Assembly: GCF_018977255.1 (NCBI RefSeq)
Contig: NW_024704745.1
Coordinates: forward strand, 69,378,001-69,442,000
Direction of reading: 5' to 3'
Origin: Callorhinchus milii
Lineage: Eukaryota
DNA length: 64,000 nucleotides
A model generated the notes under the pieces. That model did no database searches and was not told where the DNA came from. It saw nothing but the letters and a program-made list of their open reading frames with translations. Positions within the stretch are counted from its first letter, which is position 1. Every line of letters starts with the position of its first letter. Positions 38,370-51,857 of this stretch are shown piece by piece. The translations under genes were made by a program, and so were the position numbers.

Positions 38370-38809
38370 TGAAGCGCTTTACAGTGGTGGACTGATGCCG
38401 AGCCAGGGAGAGAGGGAGAGGGGAGGTGACTTAAGCACGATCAAAAAGGAAAGTCTTTAAGCGGGATTTGAAGGTGGGGAGGGAGGGGGAAAGGTGAAGG
38501 AATTGAGGGAGAGTTATAGAGTTTCGGGGCATAGTAGCTGAAGGCAAGGCCACCGATGGTGGAGCGGAGGGGATGAGGGACAAACAGGAGGCCGGAACCA
38601 GCCGAGTGGAGGCAGCTGATGTGGAGTAGGGGGCTAAGAAAATCGGATAGGTAGGGAGGTGCTATGGCATGAAGGGATTTGAATCATAGAATCATAGAAT
38701 TATACAGCACAGAAGAAGACCGTTCAGCCCATTGTGCTGTGCCGGCTCTTAGAAAAGGGCTATCCAATTCAATCCCACTCCCCCGTTCTCTCCCCATAGC
38801 CCTGCAAAC
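38370..38809 (-). mobile_element. Old L2 3' fragment abutting a CR1-type 3' end (38681-38809)
   Basis: GCTGAAGGCAAGGCCACCGATGGTGG L2 block; GAATCATAGAATCATAGAAT CR1-type tail. Confidence 0.75.
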
Positions 38810-39550
38810 AAGTGATAGGATGAAACACTGCAGAGAGAATTGACATGAACAGTTTCAATCTTCCCTAACATAAATTGCACTCAGTGCAGCTAAACCCAAT
38901 GTTTAGCTTTGCTGTAGGGTAAACAACTCAGAGCATTCTGAGTTGTAAGCAACGCAGTCTAAGCAGTGAATTATAAAGGCCTAAAGTAACTTCTATGGAC
39001 CTCTTTTCTATTGCTCTATCTCTATATCCTAGCATTCTATTAGTGTTTTTTTCAACTGCTTCACCTCACAATTGTTTGGCTATTTGAAATTACATTGTTG
39101 TACCTTTCTAATATTGTAGTTATATTAAAGAGATTGAATCAATTAGGTACAGTTTTTATTTAAATCAATGTGAAATCCAATATAACGTTGGCTTCAGGAA
39201 TCAGTAAACTTACACCTTTGTCACTTTCCTTTGGCCATATGATAAATCCAGTGTGAATAGAGCTGGCGCAAAGCAAACCTTTGAAAGAAAAACATTATGT
39301 TCATAAATTTCTGAGGACAAGATTGGTCCATACTTGAGATTTGTAAAGTTATTGAGGAGTCATCAGGATTCTAGCCCTTTGCAAGTTTAACAAATGATCG
39401 ATATTTGGCGGTAGCAGTGGAGGCTAGTGGACATATGCACTTAGAGGAGAATATATAAAGTGTTCTATTTTGTCTAACAATCCTCCACACAAAATTAGTC
39501 ATTAGGCTCATTGCTGTTTGTTGCATCTTGCTGTGCACATAGTACTGTTG

Positions 39551-39833
39551 CATTTGCCTGCAAGAGACCTGGGTTCAATTCCAGGCAGGGCGAAACCTTG
39601 GGCAAGTTCCCTTACTCTACACGCCTGATAATAATCCCTCCAAAACGAAACACAATAATAAATTGATCATTTTCAATCCACGACTGTTTGTGGGACATTG
39701 CTGTGCACAATTGGCTGCCGCGTTCGCCCACAAATATACAGTCAATTCACTTTACAGTGTTTTCTGTGAAGCGCTTTGGGACGTCCTCCCGACGTGAAAA
39801 GCGCTATATCAAATGCAAGGATTATTATTATTA
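39551..39833 (+). mobile_element. tRNA-derived SINE, short subfamily, 5'-truncated
   Basis: B box, core, L2-type stem-loop and (TTA)n tail. Confidence 0.9.
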
Positions 39834-40179
39834 CAATAGTCACTGCACATGACAATAATTACTTATGAAGAGCTTGCAACATTTTGACACAATAAAGTAC
39901 TATACAACTTCTTTCTTTCTATTTTACTTGCATTGAAGGTTGTTGCACAGTCTGTCACAGACTGGAATGACTGGACACTACAGCCAAAGCAAAGTGAAAA
40001 AGGTGTAAATTTGCTAATCCTGATACCTGCAATGATGAAAGTCATTAATCTGTTAGTCTCTTCAGTCCAGTCTACTGACTTGCATGTTACATTGCAGGTA
40101 TCAAAGTGTATGAGTGCCTGTAGTATAATTGTCTTGCTCTAATCAGGTCATTACATAATTATAACAGCAGCGTGTTCCA

Positions 40180-40560
40180 GTTGGTAGCACTCTTCTCTGG
40201 TTCAGGAGGATTATGGAAAGGAATTCATAGCCTTAGCCAAAACCCACTTCACATTTGGGGAGTGCTGCTTTGTCAGACTACTATCTTTTGAATGAGATGT
40301 TAAGTCAAGATCCCGTCTCCTTGTATTCAGGTGGATTTTAAAGGTTCCATGGGCACTTTTCAAAAGGAGAATGGAATTTGTCCTGGTGTCGTGACCTGCA
40401 ATCCTCCGGATCATTCTAGAGGATTGCTGGTCACGTAGAACCAACCTTACCGTTTCAAATGGCTGCCATGTTTGCCTACAAGAACAGTCACTAGATATGA
40501 CAATAACTATGCTCTTAAACATTTCAACATGATGAGGTACTAGAAAAATACAAATTCTTT
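40180..40560 (+). mobile_element. Old Deu-domain SINE
   Basis: GGGAGTGCTGCTTTGTCAGA...TTTTGAATGAGATGTTAAG...CAGGTGGATTTTAAAGGTTCCATGGGCAC; homologous to 63240-63360. Confidence 0.72.
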
Positions 40561-42528
40561 CTCATGGTCACAATTATTTACTTGTGTGTATTGCTGTACA
40601 TGTTTCTGTTAAAATGCATTTGCCATCAATCCTGGAAGTCTCCTGTTCTCCTTATGTTGTGTCATCAGTAACTCTCTTCTATAGATTATACATAATAAGA
40701 TTATACACACTGTTGAGGATTCCATTCCACACTCATCTCATCAGTCAAGCATTAGACCTATCTGGATGTTTAAGTAATTTGGATTTTGATCAATACTATT
40801 CAGTGTGAGTGTTAATGTTTGCCTAGAAATACAATCATTAAACTTTATGGAAAATGGTGAAGCACTTTGAGACATTTTGACATGATAAGATGCTGCATCA
40901 AATGCATGGTTTATTAGTATAATTAATTAACTGTCAGAGGTGAAGCAAAGGAGACTGTGAATTAATTCAGGCAAACAATTATTAAAAGAACATGTTTCCA
41001 ATGACTTCACTTGGCTACTACAAAGTAGGAGAATTAAGAATGTGCTAATAAAATAGCATCTTTGAAATTCAATGGAAATCCAGGATAGATACTAACTCCA
41101 GCTTTCAGGCTGCAATTGGGAAACTATTGTTCAGTCAGTTACAGCAGTGACCTTGCCTTGTACAATTATAACTATACTTGACTGTTCAATCACCTCTGGA
41201 TGCGTTTTGTAGCTATCTTATGGGTAGATTGGCTGAAAGACTTCACTGGCAATCAATATTTGTAAAGCACACATGAAGCAAAAACAAATTTACACTCACA
41301 CCATAAGGACCAGTTATTGTGTGAATCTGAAAATTGTATTTCTTGTTGCTATTGTGTTATCCTTTAGTGTAAATTCAAATGCTCTAAGCTTTGAAGGAAA
41401 AAGCACATTAAAATAATAGAAACATGACAATGAGTAGGATTGAACACAGAAACTTTAGTGAATATGTGAGTGCAACCTTTATGGAGAAATATTAAGGAAT
41501 ATTGTTCTCAAATACACATTCGTATAGTAGGGAGAGAACCATTTCAACTACAAATTCCTGTTACATTCGTTTTTGCAAAACATTGGACTGTTGTGCAGTC
41601 GAAATTAATATTTATTTCTAAGTTCTGTGTTGGTTTGTCCTCCAAATAAAATTGATTATTCGCTTCATGCTGTTTGTGGGCATTTATGCGCGTAAATGTT
41701 CGCCTACAAAATACACATTCATAACAGTTTACAGTACATCCTATGAAGCTCTTTGACACGTCCTCCCGACATGAATGGCGCTTTATAAAGCGTAAGGATT
41801 ATAATTGAGTTATGAGTATCTCAGATCCTTGTTCATAATACCCAGTCAAGTAGTTTGCACTATGTGGATTCCAATGAAGAGGATATTTTCCATGTAGGAT
41901 ACAAGTTGCTTCCAAACATCATAGGCTCGACTGTGCAACTTGTGAAAACTAATAGCAATAGCCAAGAAGTAAGGAAAAGGCGTCTTCATGGCTTCTCTGC
42001 AGTTCAAACATTTAGTATTCTACTCTGATCCACTCGATCCGCTATTGTACAGATCACACAATGTTACTCTAAAACGTTATGTCCGCGTTTTGGTTTAACT
42101 TTGACATTATTATTACTATAATAATTAAACTTGTGTTTAAAATCTATTTAACTCTCCTTGTATAGCGGACTACATTACAAATGTCAAACATAAAAGTTTG
42201 CATTTACCTGTTCTGTTATTTGCAAAGAAAATTGCTCTCGATTGGACTGGACAGATCGATATTATTTTAAAATCTACCCGAGTTATTATAATGGTCTTTC
42301 TCTTGTAAACGGCAGAGCAACAATTCTCTGCAGGACGCGGTTCCTGTATTTTGGACCGTATTTAATGTACCGAAAATAAAGTGTTTAGATTCATGTTTAT
42401 CAATATCTTCCAATCGGTAGCTCTTTCTCATCCGAATGAAATGAAAATTGTTGTGTAAAATTTCTACTGAACTAATTGGCTGACTATCAGTAATTCGTGC
42501 TAATAAAATACTTTTTCACTATCCTCAG

Positions 42529-42612
42529 TAATTGGTTTACAACCTTCTCTGTTTATTTATCCATAAGAGCTGGTGTTTAATGGCTCGAGAAAGCAATTGG
42601 TTAATGGCTCAA
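42529..42612 (+). promoter_or_regulatory. Pdx1 Area I/PH1-like upstream enhancer core
   Basis: TAATTGGTTTAC (HNF1/homeodomain-type), then TGTTTATTTATCCATAAGAGCTG (FoxA), then TAATGGCTC twice. About 2.1 kb upstream of the Pdx1 ATG; matches my recollection of mammalian Area I. Confidence 0.75.
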
Positions 42613-44452
42613 TACTGAGTCAAATGTTCACTGTCCCGTTTTATGGCAAAGGAGAATGGATTCACGCAGCGGAAACCCATGTTAACGTTAATGGACTTGG
42701 CTTTTATGATCATACCAAATTGCATAATTATGAGAAATATTATAATTCAATGTGAGTCCCTTTACGGTCGTTAAAACTGCGCTTGTTTCAGAATTTTCCG
42801 ACAGCCTGTAAGACACGAATCGCAGATTTCCAGTAAATATTGACCATCTCATAGATAAAGCTTTCACATAAAGCGTGTCATGTGCGCTTCAAAAATTGCC
42901 GAAGAGTGTTTAATCCGATGGGATCTTGACCATGCAGAATGGCGTAAAATTCGCCACAAAACGATAATTAACAAACGCACCCTGTCCAAACCGGTGTAAA
43001 AGTTGGCTTGACCGAAACAAAAAGGGAAGAGAGGGCTAAAAAGAAGTGGTGCCCCTCTTAAACGATTTATATAAATCCCTCCCCCCCCCCCCCCCCCCCC
43101 CCCCCACCGTCAACAGGTTAAGCAGAAACCCAACGTGGGGTTAAATGAAGCGTTTAAATGGGTAAAAATTTGCAGAAATGTGCAATTACGGCAGGAGTGC
43201 AAAGTCAATACTCTCTGTGTGAGAAAGCATGACTGAGCACAGGTAGTGAAGCGATCTTTGTCCTTTCCACTAGTTCCCCGCCTCCTCATATCCTTGTCAC
43301 CAAGTCAACCAACAGCAAGTACTACCATATCATCCAGAAAGGTCAACACTGGCTGTGAATTATATATAAGAAAAAACTCCCAATAATCAATGCAGTCGCT
43401 ATCGGTCGCTAACTGATACCAGGACTATTTATATTTAACTTTAAAACGGTTACATTGTCTTCGGGGGATAAACAAGTCGCCCAGAAAAGTTATGTCATGC
43501 TTTTTAGGGAATAGTATCATAAACATTATATAAGGTAATGCTCTCTCTCTCTCTCGTCAGAATGTCTTAGGATAGCAGCCTAATCGAAAGTCAATATTTG
43601 ATGGTGTGTAGACTTATGAAAGTAGACTCTAAAACATGTGACAGCCAAACCCGGAGAACGTGTTGTATTTTTCTCAACAGCAAAAAAAAACACGTAGCAA
43701 ATCAATAATTGATCGACCAGGTTAACATAGAGGAAAGCAAGTCAAGAAAACAACGAGCGAAAGGAAAGGGAAGAAGAAAAGAGAACACATAATCTGACGT
43801 TTCCACAGATGATATGGAAACGAAAGCTCAACTGATGACTGGACACCAGGACCACATAAATTGCTGACGGTACAATACAAGACAGTATTGGAGGCAATTC
43901 TTAATCGAGGTGTGTTTTTGGAGCACAACGTTTTTCAGATCGAATTGAAACAAATTAAAATGCACGCGTGTACTCGGTGTTGACACACTTCATCGCAAAA
44001 GTGTTAATCCTGGTCATTCAGGCAGGAAAACAGTAGCTAATCTTCCTTTGCTGAAAAAAATCCCTCTTTTTGTCTTTTTATCCGTGGTTCCCAGGGCGAA
44101 ATTACTCAAAATGCGATAACAGGCCCTGTCTAATCTATCACTGATACCATTCACATCTGGTGATACATTTTCTAAGTTAAATGTTTAAAATTCAGCATAT
44201 TTGTGTAACTCTCCTGATTCACACCGGAATGAAGCAAAGAGCTAACTGACCATGTGCCAGTATATACCTGCCACCTGTTTTTTTTTGATTGAGAAAGCAC
44301 ATAACAGTTTTCTTCTTGAATGAAACTGACATTTGTTACAAGAGGGAAAGGCACGTCGCCTGGCACTCAGGCAAGTTTCCATTGTAACTAAACTATGGAA
44401 AGCAGATGAAATCCAATGAGTCAAACAGATAAAGTTGACCCAAGTGCTCTTA

Positions 44453-44500
44453 TCTGGAAATTGTAGTCCAATAGGTTGTAGCAAGTAAATCACATGATCT
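44453..44500 (+). promoter_or_regulatory. Pdx1 proximal promoter: ACTACA/ZNF143-type motif, CCAAT box, E-box
   Basis: Minus-strand ACTACAATTTCCAGA at 44453-44467, CCAAT at 44468-44472, GTAAAT followed by CACATG at 44485-44496; about 140-180 bp upstream of the ATG. Confidence 0.6.
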
Positions 44501-44631
44501 ATTGGTAGTTCTCTATAGGAGCATAACACAGTGTCAGGTGTTATTTTGGTTAGTGGATCAAGTCAGGCAGACTATGAAACTGTAAATTAAGGACAATTCC
44601 TTATGTTTCAATTGTCGGGATCCCAGTAGCC

Positions 44632-45022
44632 ATGAATAGCGAGGAACATTATTATGCACCAGCTCAAATGTATAAAGAATCGTGTGCTTATCAGAGACAA
44701 CCAGCCCAGGAATATAATCAAAGTCCGCCAGCATGTCTTTACGTGGGCAGACAGCCACAGACACCTTACGCCAACCCTGCCTTGTCGGGGCTTGACCAAG
44801 GGAGTCCTCCTGATATTTCTCCTTTCGAAGTGCCTGCCATATCAGAGGATCCCGGAGTCTCCCACCTGCACCACCCACAGCACCCTCACACTCCCCAGGG
44901 AGCTTGCTTTGGAAACAGCTCCGAAATCGGAGCCTTAGACGAACGCAGCAGAACTCACCTGCCCTTTCCTTGGATGAAATCTACCAAATCCCATGCACAC
45001 GTTTGGAAAGGACAATGGCCAG
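44632..45022 (+). CDS. PDX1: Pdx1 (pancreatic and duodenal homeobox 1) exon 1
   Basis: Kozak-like gccATG. Contains MNSEEHYY, transactivation blocks [15 protein letters not shown] and [13 protein letters not shown], the hexapeptide FPWMK and WKGQW. Donor AG|GTAAGG at 45022/45023, phase 1. Confidence 0.96.
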
Positions 45023-45049
45023 GTAAGGTGCTCCAGACTTCCTTATGAA

Positions 45050-45203
45050 GCCATATTTTCGCCCACAAAATACACAGGTTCAACGCACTTTCCAGTAATA
45101 TATTGCGAAGAGCTTTGGGAACGACTCACCGACGAGACGAGGCGCTATATCAAATGCAAGGATCATTATTATTATTGTTGCTGTTATTGTTGTTGTTATT
45201 GTT
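45050..45203 (+). mobile_element. SINE 3' tail immediately inside the Pdx1 intron
   Basis: TTTCGCCCACAAAATACACAG...GGCGCTATATCAAATGCAAGGATCATTATTA, then a TTA/TTG microsatellite. Confidence 0.8.
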
Positions 45204-48019
45204 AATTTTCCAAATGAATGTGAATTTAGGAAGTGATGGAACGAGTCACCAATTGGGGCAGGAGTATCAGATGATATCAATGTCATTTCTTCATCAGGAA
45301 TGAATATTCCATCCCGTTTAATACAATTAATATTCATACAGAGTGGATATTATTATCCTGATCATTTCTAACAAAATGGTGGCATTGTTTATTACCACAG
45401 CCTGGTGTATTAATATTGCTTAGTATTCAACAGCTGTTGGGATGATATTACGAATAAAACAATGTACTTAAACTACACAAAACACCTGTTTTATTCGCAC
45501 CTGCAAACTCCTACGAGTCATTTAAGCGCAAATGCTTAAACCAACTAAATTACTTGTTTAAAAACTGAAACTGGAATGATGCCCTGCAATTATCTCTATT
45601 GATTTCAAAATAAAAATAATTCAATTGGACCTGGTTAAATTTGAGTCTGTTTCGATGTTCCTGCAGGAAAACATTTTCACGACTTCTATTTTTGTTTTAG
45701 AAACAACGCACAACCCGATAGCACTACTCATACAATTTGAATGGGTAAATGAACAAAAACAAAATGACTGGAAAGTTACAGTATGTTACCAGGCAATACT
45801 AAACATAGTCAATCCATTCGGGAATTATTGGAAAAGAGAAGGCAGTTTCTCTTGGTGTTCCTGTCCAACAATCCTCCAAATAAAATTGATAATTCTCTCC
45901 ATGGCTGTTTAAGACACGTAACTGCTTATGATACACTACTGTGAACAAATTAGTTGTCGCGTTTGCCTTGAAATACATCACTGCAATTTACAGTGAACCT
46001 CTTGAAGCGCTTTGAGGCGCTATATTAAATGCAAGGATTATTATTATTATTATACTAAATGAGGGGCTTTTCAAAACAAGCACCACAAGGTGACCCTGGA
46101 ACCAACTAAGTACATCAGCATCCATCTGCAGTTTCCTTCATCCAGTTTTTATTTCATCCGAATTTGCTGCCTTGTAAAATCGTAGACCAAATATCCCAGG
46201 AGCGATAAAATGCGAGCTCTCATATTTCCGAAAAGGACGTAAATCGAGCCGAATCGATCATTTGCCCGAACCACATGAGATACAACGTTATTATCAATTA
46301 TTGGAAATAACTTAAAATCTAATGATGGCAAACTTCTAAATGAATTCGGAGGCGAAAAGCAACGCGCATCTGGATGATAATGTGATTGGTAGTTGTAAAG
46401 GGATCAATATATGTATAATTACTCCAGATTTGTCTGTATCAAGTCATAAAACACAAATCGCAACCCATTACATAAACAAACATCTATTAACAGGGGCGTT
46501 GTTTCAACAACTATACCCATTCTCCAAGTAAATACGCGCAGAGTTTTTTCTCTCTCGATCTCAAGCAAATCTGTGCAGATCAATGCAGATCATTTTTTTT
46601 AAGAAACGTGATAATGATTCTGGATTATTCCTATCACAAACGGTGTGTTTTAAAGCTGATTGCATTTTAAACGTTATTTTCGCTGCTACTCATTTAGCGC
46701 ACGTTTGGTCAGAAAGAAAAGATTATCAATATTCCACGAAGCAGTTCTCCCAAAGCAAAATAAACCATTCAGTCCAACCCCTTTCTATTTGTCATGGTTA
46801 GAAAAAGAGGTATTATTAATTCCACTTTTCAGTCATCTGGAAATATTTTAACAACTCGCATTGTAATATCTGATTTTTAGTTTTAAACATTTGCTTTTTG
46901 AAAAAAATATTTTTTTTTCCCCCTTTCCCATTACTGAGATAATACTGACTGGTTCCAGTTGTGTGCCCGTGTCTTGGTTTGTGTGCGTGTGAGTAGGAGT
47001 GTGGAGGGGTGTTTCCATATAAACTGACATAAACTATCGGGTGGGGAAAAGGCAATTTTACAGCGAGTTTTACTTTGACCCAAACGCAAAATGATTTGCA
47101 ATAACAGTAGAAATCGGTGGAAATTCACAACAGGTCAATTGTGAGCTGAGATAGAAACGCAGCCCAGTTTCAGGCGTGACTCTCCAGGAGAACACGTTAG
47201 CAGCTTATGTTTTATTTTCACGATGGCGAGCAGTGGAGGTTCTGGAGTTGACTTGGATTTGGAGGCACTTTTCCAATTGGCAAAAAAAGCGACTGATTTA
47301 AGCAGAACGATGATCTATCTCTACAGCCATAGCCATAGCTCGACAACACTGTTAGACCGCATTTAGTTGTTTTAGGTGGACTTACATGGCATGTAAGATG
47401 CAGGATTTAACTGGGCTCGGTGTTTCCCACCCACAGAAAGCGAGCAGATCATTTACACATTACAGCAACAGCCATTTCCGACATGTTTCTGTTTGAAAAT
47501 CATACAACAACATGTGGCAATAGTTGGGCGCAATTCAGCGCCAGGCAGCGATTTGACTTTTCACTGGTGTTTCAGTCGAACTTTTTTACTGTGTTTTTAG
47601 GATCATTGCGGGTATATTAAATTGTATTTCACTTGCACTTTTCGTTGTCATTTTAATCGTCTATTAATGCACTTTTTGACATAATGAGACAGCAGCAATT
47701 ATCGCTTTATTTGCTATTAGTAATATTGTTAACCATCGAATTGAGCGATCCAGTGAAGAAGCGAGTTCGAACAACAGTTTGAAAGCTTCCTGACTAATAA
47801 TTTATTAACTAATATTAATTACTCAAATTGTTCCATTAGATCGGGTCTCTGAATGAACAGAATAACCTTCTTAGTAATCTTAATGGATAATTGGATGGAA
47901 ACACCGATCGCGTTGCGTTTCAAAACTTCTGTCCAGACCAACCAGATATTTTCAATGGAGGATTGAAGGCTTATAATATATGTATATATGTATAATATAG
48001 GATTATATATACATATATC

Positions 48020-51000
48020 CCTTCAGAAAAAATAAAATTAATAATAATATGGTCACTCAATCCACGACTGTTGTGCGTAATTAGCTGTCGCGTTTCGCCT
48101 ACATAATATAGTCAATTCACTTTACAGTATGTTCTGTGAATATATATTTTGAGACGTCTCGAAGACGTGATAAGGCGCTATATCACATGTAAGGATTACT
48201 ATTATTATTAGTGTTATAAATCTCCGTTCCTGTAATGTAAGCAGCGCTAAGAGTGAAACTGATCAGACCCCGCACTGTTGAAGCATATCACAAGAAGGGA
48301 AGTATATTAAGAAGTACATCACCTCATTCCCAATCCTAAAATGAAAATATAGCTTGTTGTTGTCCTTGCGATTAACCAGCTATGACATTGAACGCTTTGT
48401 ACCTGTGCCCCTCTGCGGAAACTGTTCAGAAAGCCACAAGGTGGAAAGGCCTTGAGCTTTATACTGTATTGATTGCTCAGGCTCTCAGAAGACAAGACAA
48501 GGGCAATACTGCTGTCGAATTAGTAACATAAAATACTTTTCGCCTCAGTTGTAACACACTTGTTGCTCCCATTCCTCCCAAACTAGAGTGAAACGTCTGC
48601 TTCTGTTTTATTAACGCACTTAAACGATTGCATTGGGAACCATTAACAGTGCACAGAGTTGCTGCACCTAATCCCAGGCGCAAGTAAATGATTGCACTTG
48701 ACGTTATTGTAAGCGCAGTAAATACATTTTTACGACACGTACAACCAAGTTAAACAGGAGGATCGTTTATGATGTCTCTGACGTGACTTGCTGAAATATC
48801 GCTTTCTTTAACAGAATGTAAATAAGAACATAAACATGCAACAGTACAACAACAACAACAACAACACATTTGCATCTATATTGCGCCCTTCACGCAGGGT
48901 AGTATTTCGAAGCGCTTGTAATGGACAAGTAGTTTTACAGCAGTTATATTTATTCTGTTGCAGAACACCATGCTAACTGGACAGTATTATTGTGTCTCAA
49001 TAGAATCGGAATATTCTCGACATGTTAAATACACTTGGCAAACTGGTTGCTTTCTTTACAGGAACAAACTTTGACACTGAAACATTTAAAACATACACTT
49101 TAATAATAATAATAATAATAATCCTTGCATTTGATATAGCGCTTTTCATGTCAGGAGGAAGTCCCAAAGCGCTTCACAGAAGACACTGTAAAGTAAATTG
49201 ACTGTATATTTGTGGGCGAACGCGGCAGCCAATTGCGCACAGCAATGTCCCACAAACAGTCGTAGATTGAAAATGACCAATTTATTATTGTTTTTGGTTT
49301 AGGAGGGATTATTATTAGGCTCTGTGTGGAGTAAGGAAACTTGCCCAAGGTTTCGCCCTCTGCCTGGAATTGAACTCAGGTCTCTCACTTGCAAAGCGAG
49401 TGCTCTAACCACTGAGCTACAGGACTCCACTTTAACACTCTTATAGGAATCAGTGACGGTCCAATCTCTAAATGGTATTTAAACGTTAATGTGGAACAAT
49501 CCCACTGAAGCACTTTCCCAAAATTGGGGGGAATCTATCAGATTACAATTTGACAGGCGGGTTTTTACTTTACAGAAAACTTTGCAAAGCATTGGGTTCT
49601 CACGAATTCTCTTTCAAACTGCGTGAGTCAACCTGAATTGCAACGATCCCTACATTCAAATGGGAAAGAATATTAATGTCGATATTCCCATTCATTCTTT
49701 TAGTAGCAACTATACAACAACGTTGAAAGCCCCTTGGCAAGTTTCCTTACTCCACGCATCTCTCCTTACCGAGCAGTAAGTAGGAGCTCGGTTTTCAGTC
49801 GATATGTGGATCATTTTCGGGGGTAATAATTCTTCCCAACAATGGTCACTCAATCCACTGTTATTTGTGGGACACTGCTGTGCGCAATTGGTTGCTACGT
49901 TTTTCCCACAAAATACACAGTTAATACATACTATAAAATACACGTTACAATATATTCTGTGAAACCCTTTAAGATGTTTCAATGACATGAGATCTATCAA
50001 ATGTATGGGATGTTATTTATTATTAATATCTGTAAAGTTTAGTCGCAAATGTAACGTAATTAATGGCTCAAAATGCTTATATATCTTTACCCTGAGCAAA
50101 ATCCACGGGTAAGCAAAAGCCCTGTTTGAATCTCATAATATTTAATAGAATTGAAGCTCGGAGACATCATTCTACAGAATGCAAGCTCTAAAATAACTGT
50201 TTTTGCATTTGAAACAACGCCTTTCGATTTGGGTGGGTATCTCAAAGCTTTTCACGGGACTTAATGTAAATTTAGCTCGTAGTGACTATTTTGTAGGCGA
50301 ATGCGATTTCCAATTTGCCCACAGCAAAGTCCCACAGGCAGCAATGAAGTTACGACCAAGTCATTTTAAGTAAATGCATAAAGTGATTTGCGTACACGAG
50401 GAAGTTGCTTTATATTGCATTTTGCTGAATATGAATGCAAATAGCGTCGTTGAATTCAATACCCGGTGTACCTAATACATTTGACCCCTAAAGATAATTA
50501 TGTTTCATAAATATATATTTATATGTAAATGCTGAACACCTGCCATGTCGTACATTAGTAAAATGCCACGATGCTTTGTATTTCGAAATGAATGTGATGT
50601 TATGTGTAAAATACATTTGAATTCGTTATGTTTGGAAACTCGCCTGCTTTATTCGTGAGGAAATTGGATTACAGTATTGTGTTGGATAACGCCTGCTCTG
50701 TTACGGCGGTCCATAACATACATGTTGACGTGGTTTAGTAATGATCCAGTGTAACCACTGCCTTGCTATCCCCTTATATGAACATAACAAGATAATGCAA
50801 TGCCAATCGTTGTTGTAACAATTTTACCTGACTTTCGCCGACAAAATAGACAGCAGATCATGTGAAGCACTTTAAGGCGTTTGCAAAGATTATTATTAGT
50901 GATATTATTATGATGATCGATGATGATGATTACCCGTTGGTACGAACCAAACAGTTGTTAAAATACACGCCATTCAAACCTGTCGAAAATAATCTTGCAT

Positions 51001-51410
51001 CTCCTCTCCAGCAACATATTTCGTACCTTTGATGTTACTTAGATTTCGAGTAAAGTACTTTTTCACGAGAAACTCCAGGACAAAAACATATCTTTTATTT
51101 AAGACAAATACTCGATTCCCTGCGTATAATCCTAAAAAAAACACACAGAAATGATGTTTGCCATTAATACGATTCGATGTGACATTGAGTAAAGTTTATT
51201 TATTTATTTATTGGGATACATTATAATAATAATAATCCTGGAATTTGATAAAGCGTTTATCACGTCGTTGAGTCTCGAAGCGCTTCACAGAATACACTAC
51301 GAAGTGAATTGACTCTGTAAATTCTGAGTGAAACGTGACAGCCAATTGTGCACAGCACTGCCCCATAAAAAGGTGACCAAAGTATTATTTTTAAAGGGAT
51401 ATTACGGGAA
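48020..51410. mobile_element. Additional degraded SINE pieces in the Pdx1 intron (48020-48210 +, 49720-50025 +, 51222-51410 -)
   Basis: Family core GGACACTGCTGTGCGCAATTGG and tail motifs. Confidence 0.75.
49101..49429 (-). mobile_element. tRNA-derived SINE, youngest subfamily, in the Pdx1 intron
   Basis: Full length, intact A/B boxes, long (TTA)n tail. Confidence 0.94.
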
Positions 51411-51857
51411 TATGTGATTACCAAACACTTCACATCAGTTAGTCAAAATCTGCTGGAAGAGTTAACATTGCTTTGGACCGAAATGTATGCAAATGGAAAG
51501 TTAATGGGGTATTTTTTTTGCATAATCTGGGCTATTATTGATCTTTATCTCATCGAATCAGACAGCAATAAGCAGCAATAGTGTATACCAGACAAGTAGA
51601 CGCATCTGAATTTATCCCATATTCTCCACCTGAACCTTCAGGGAATGGACAGCATATCGGTCATTTCAAACATTGTGCATTTGAATGGAATTGCTTCGTG
51701 TCCTGGGTTGACTATTTCTACTTATGCATGTGATGTATGTGCCTTGACTTGGTTCTTATTGCAATCAGCCGATGTTAACAGTAGGATCCGGAGAAACAGA
51801 ATAACTAAAGCCACTGCTGATGAATTTTCCTCTCTCTCTCTCTCTCTCTCTCTTTAG

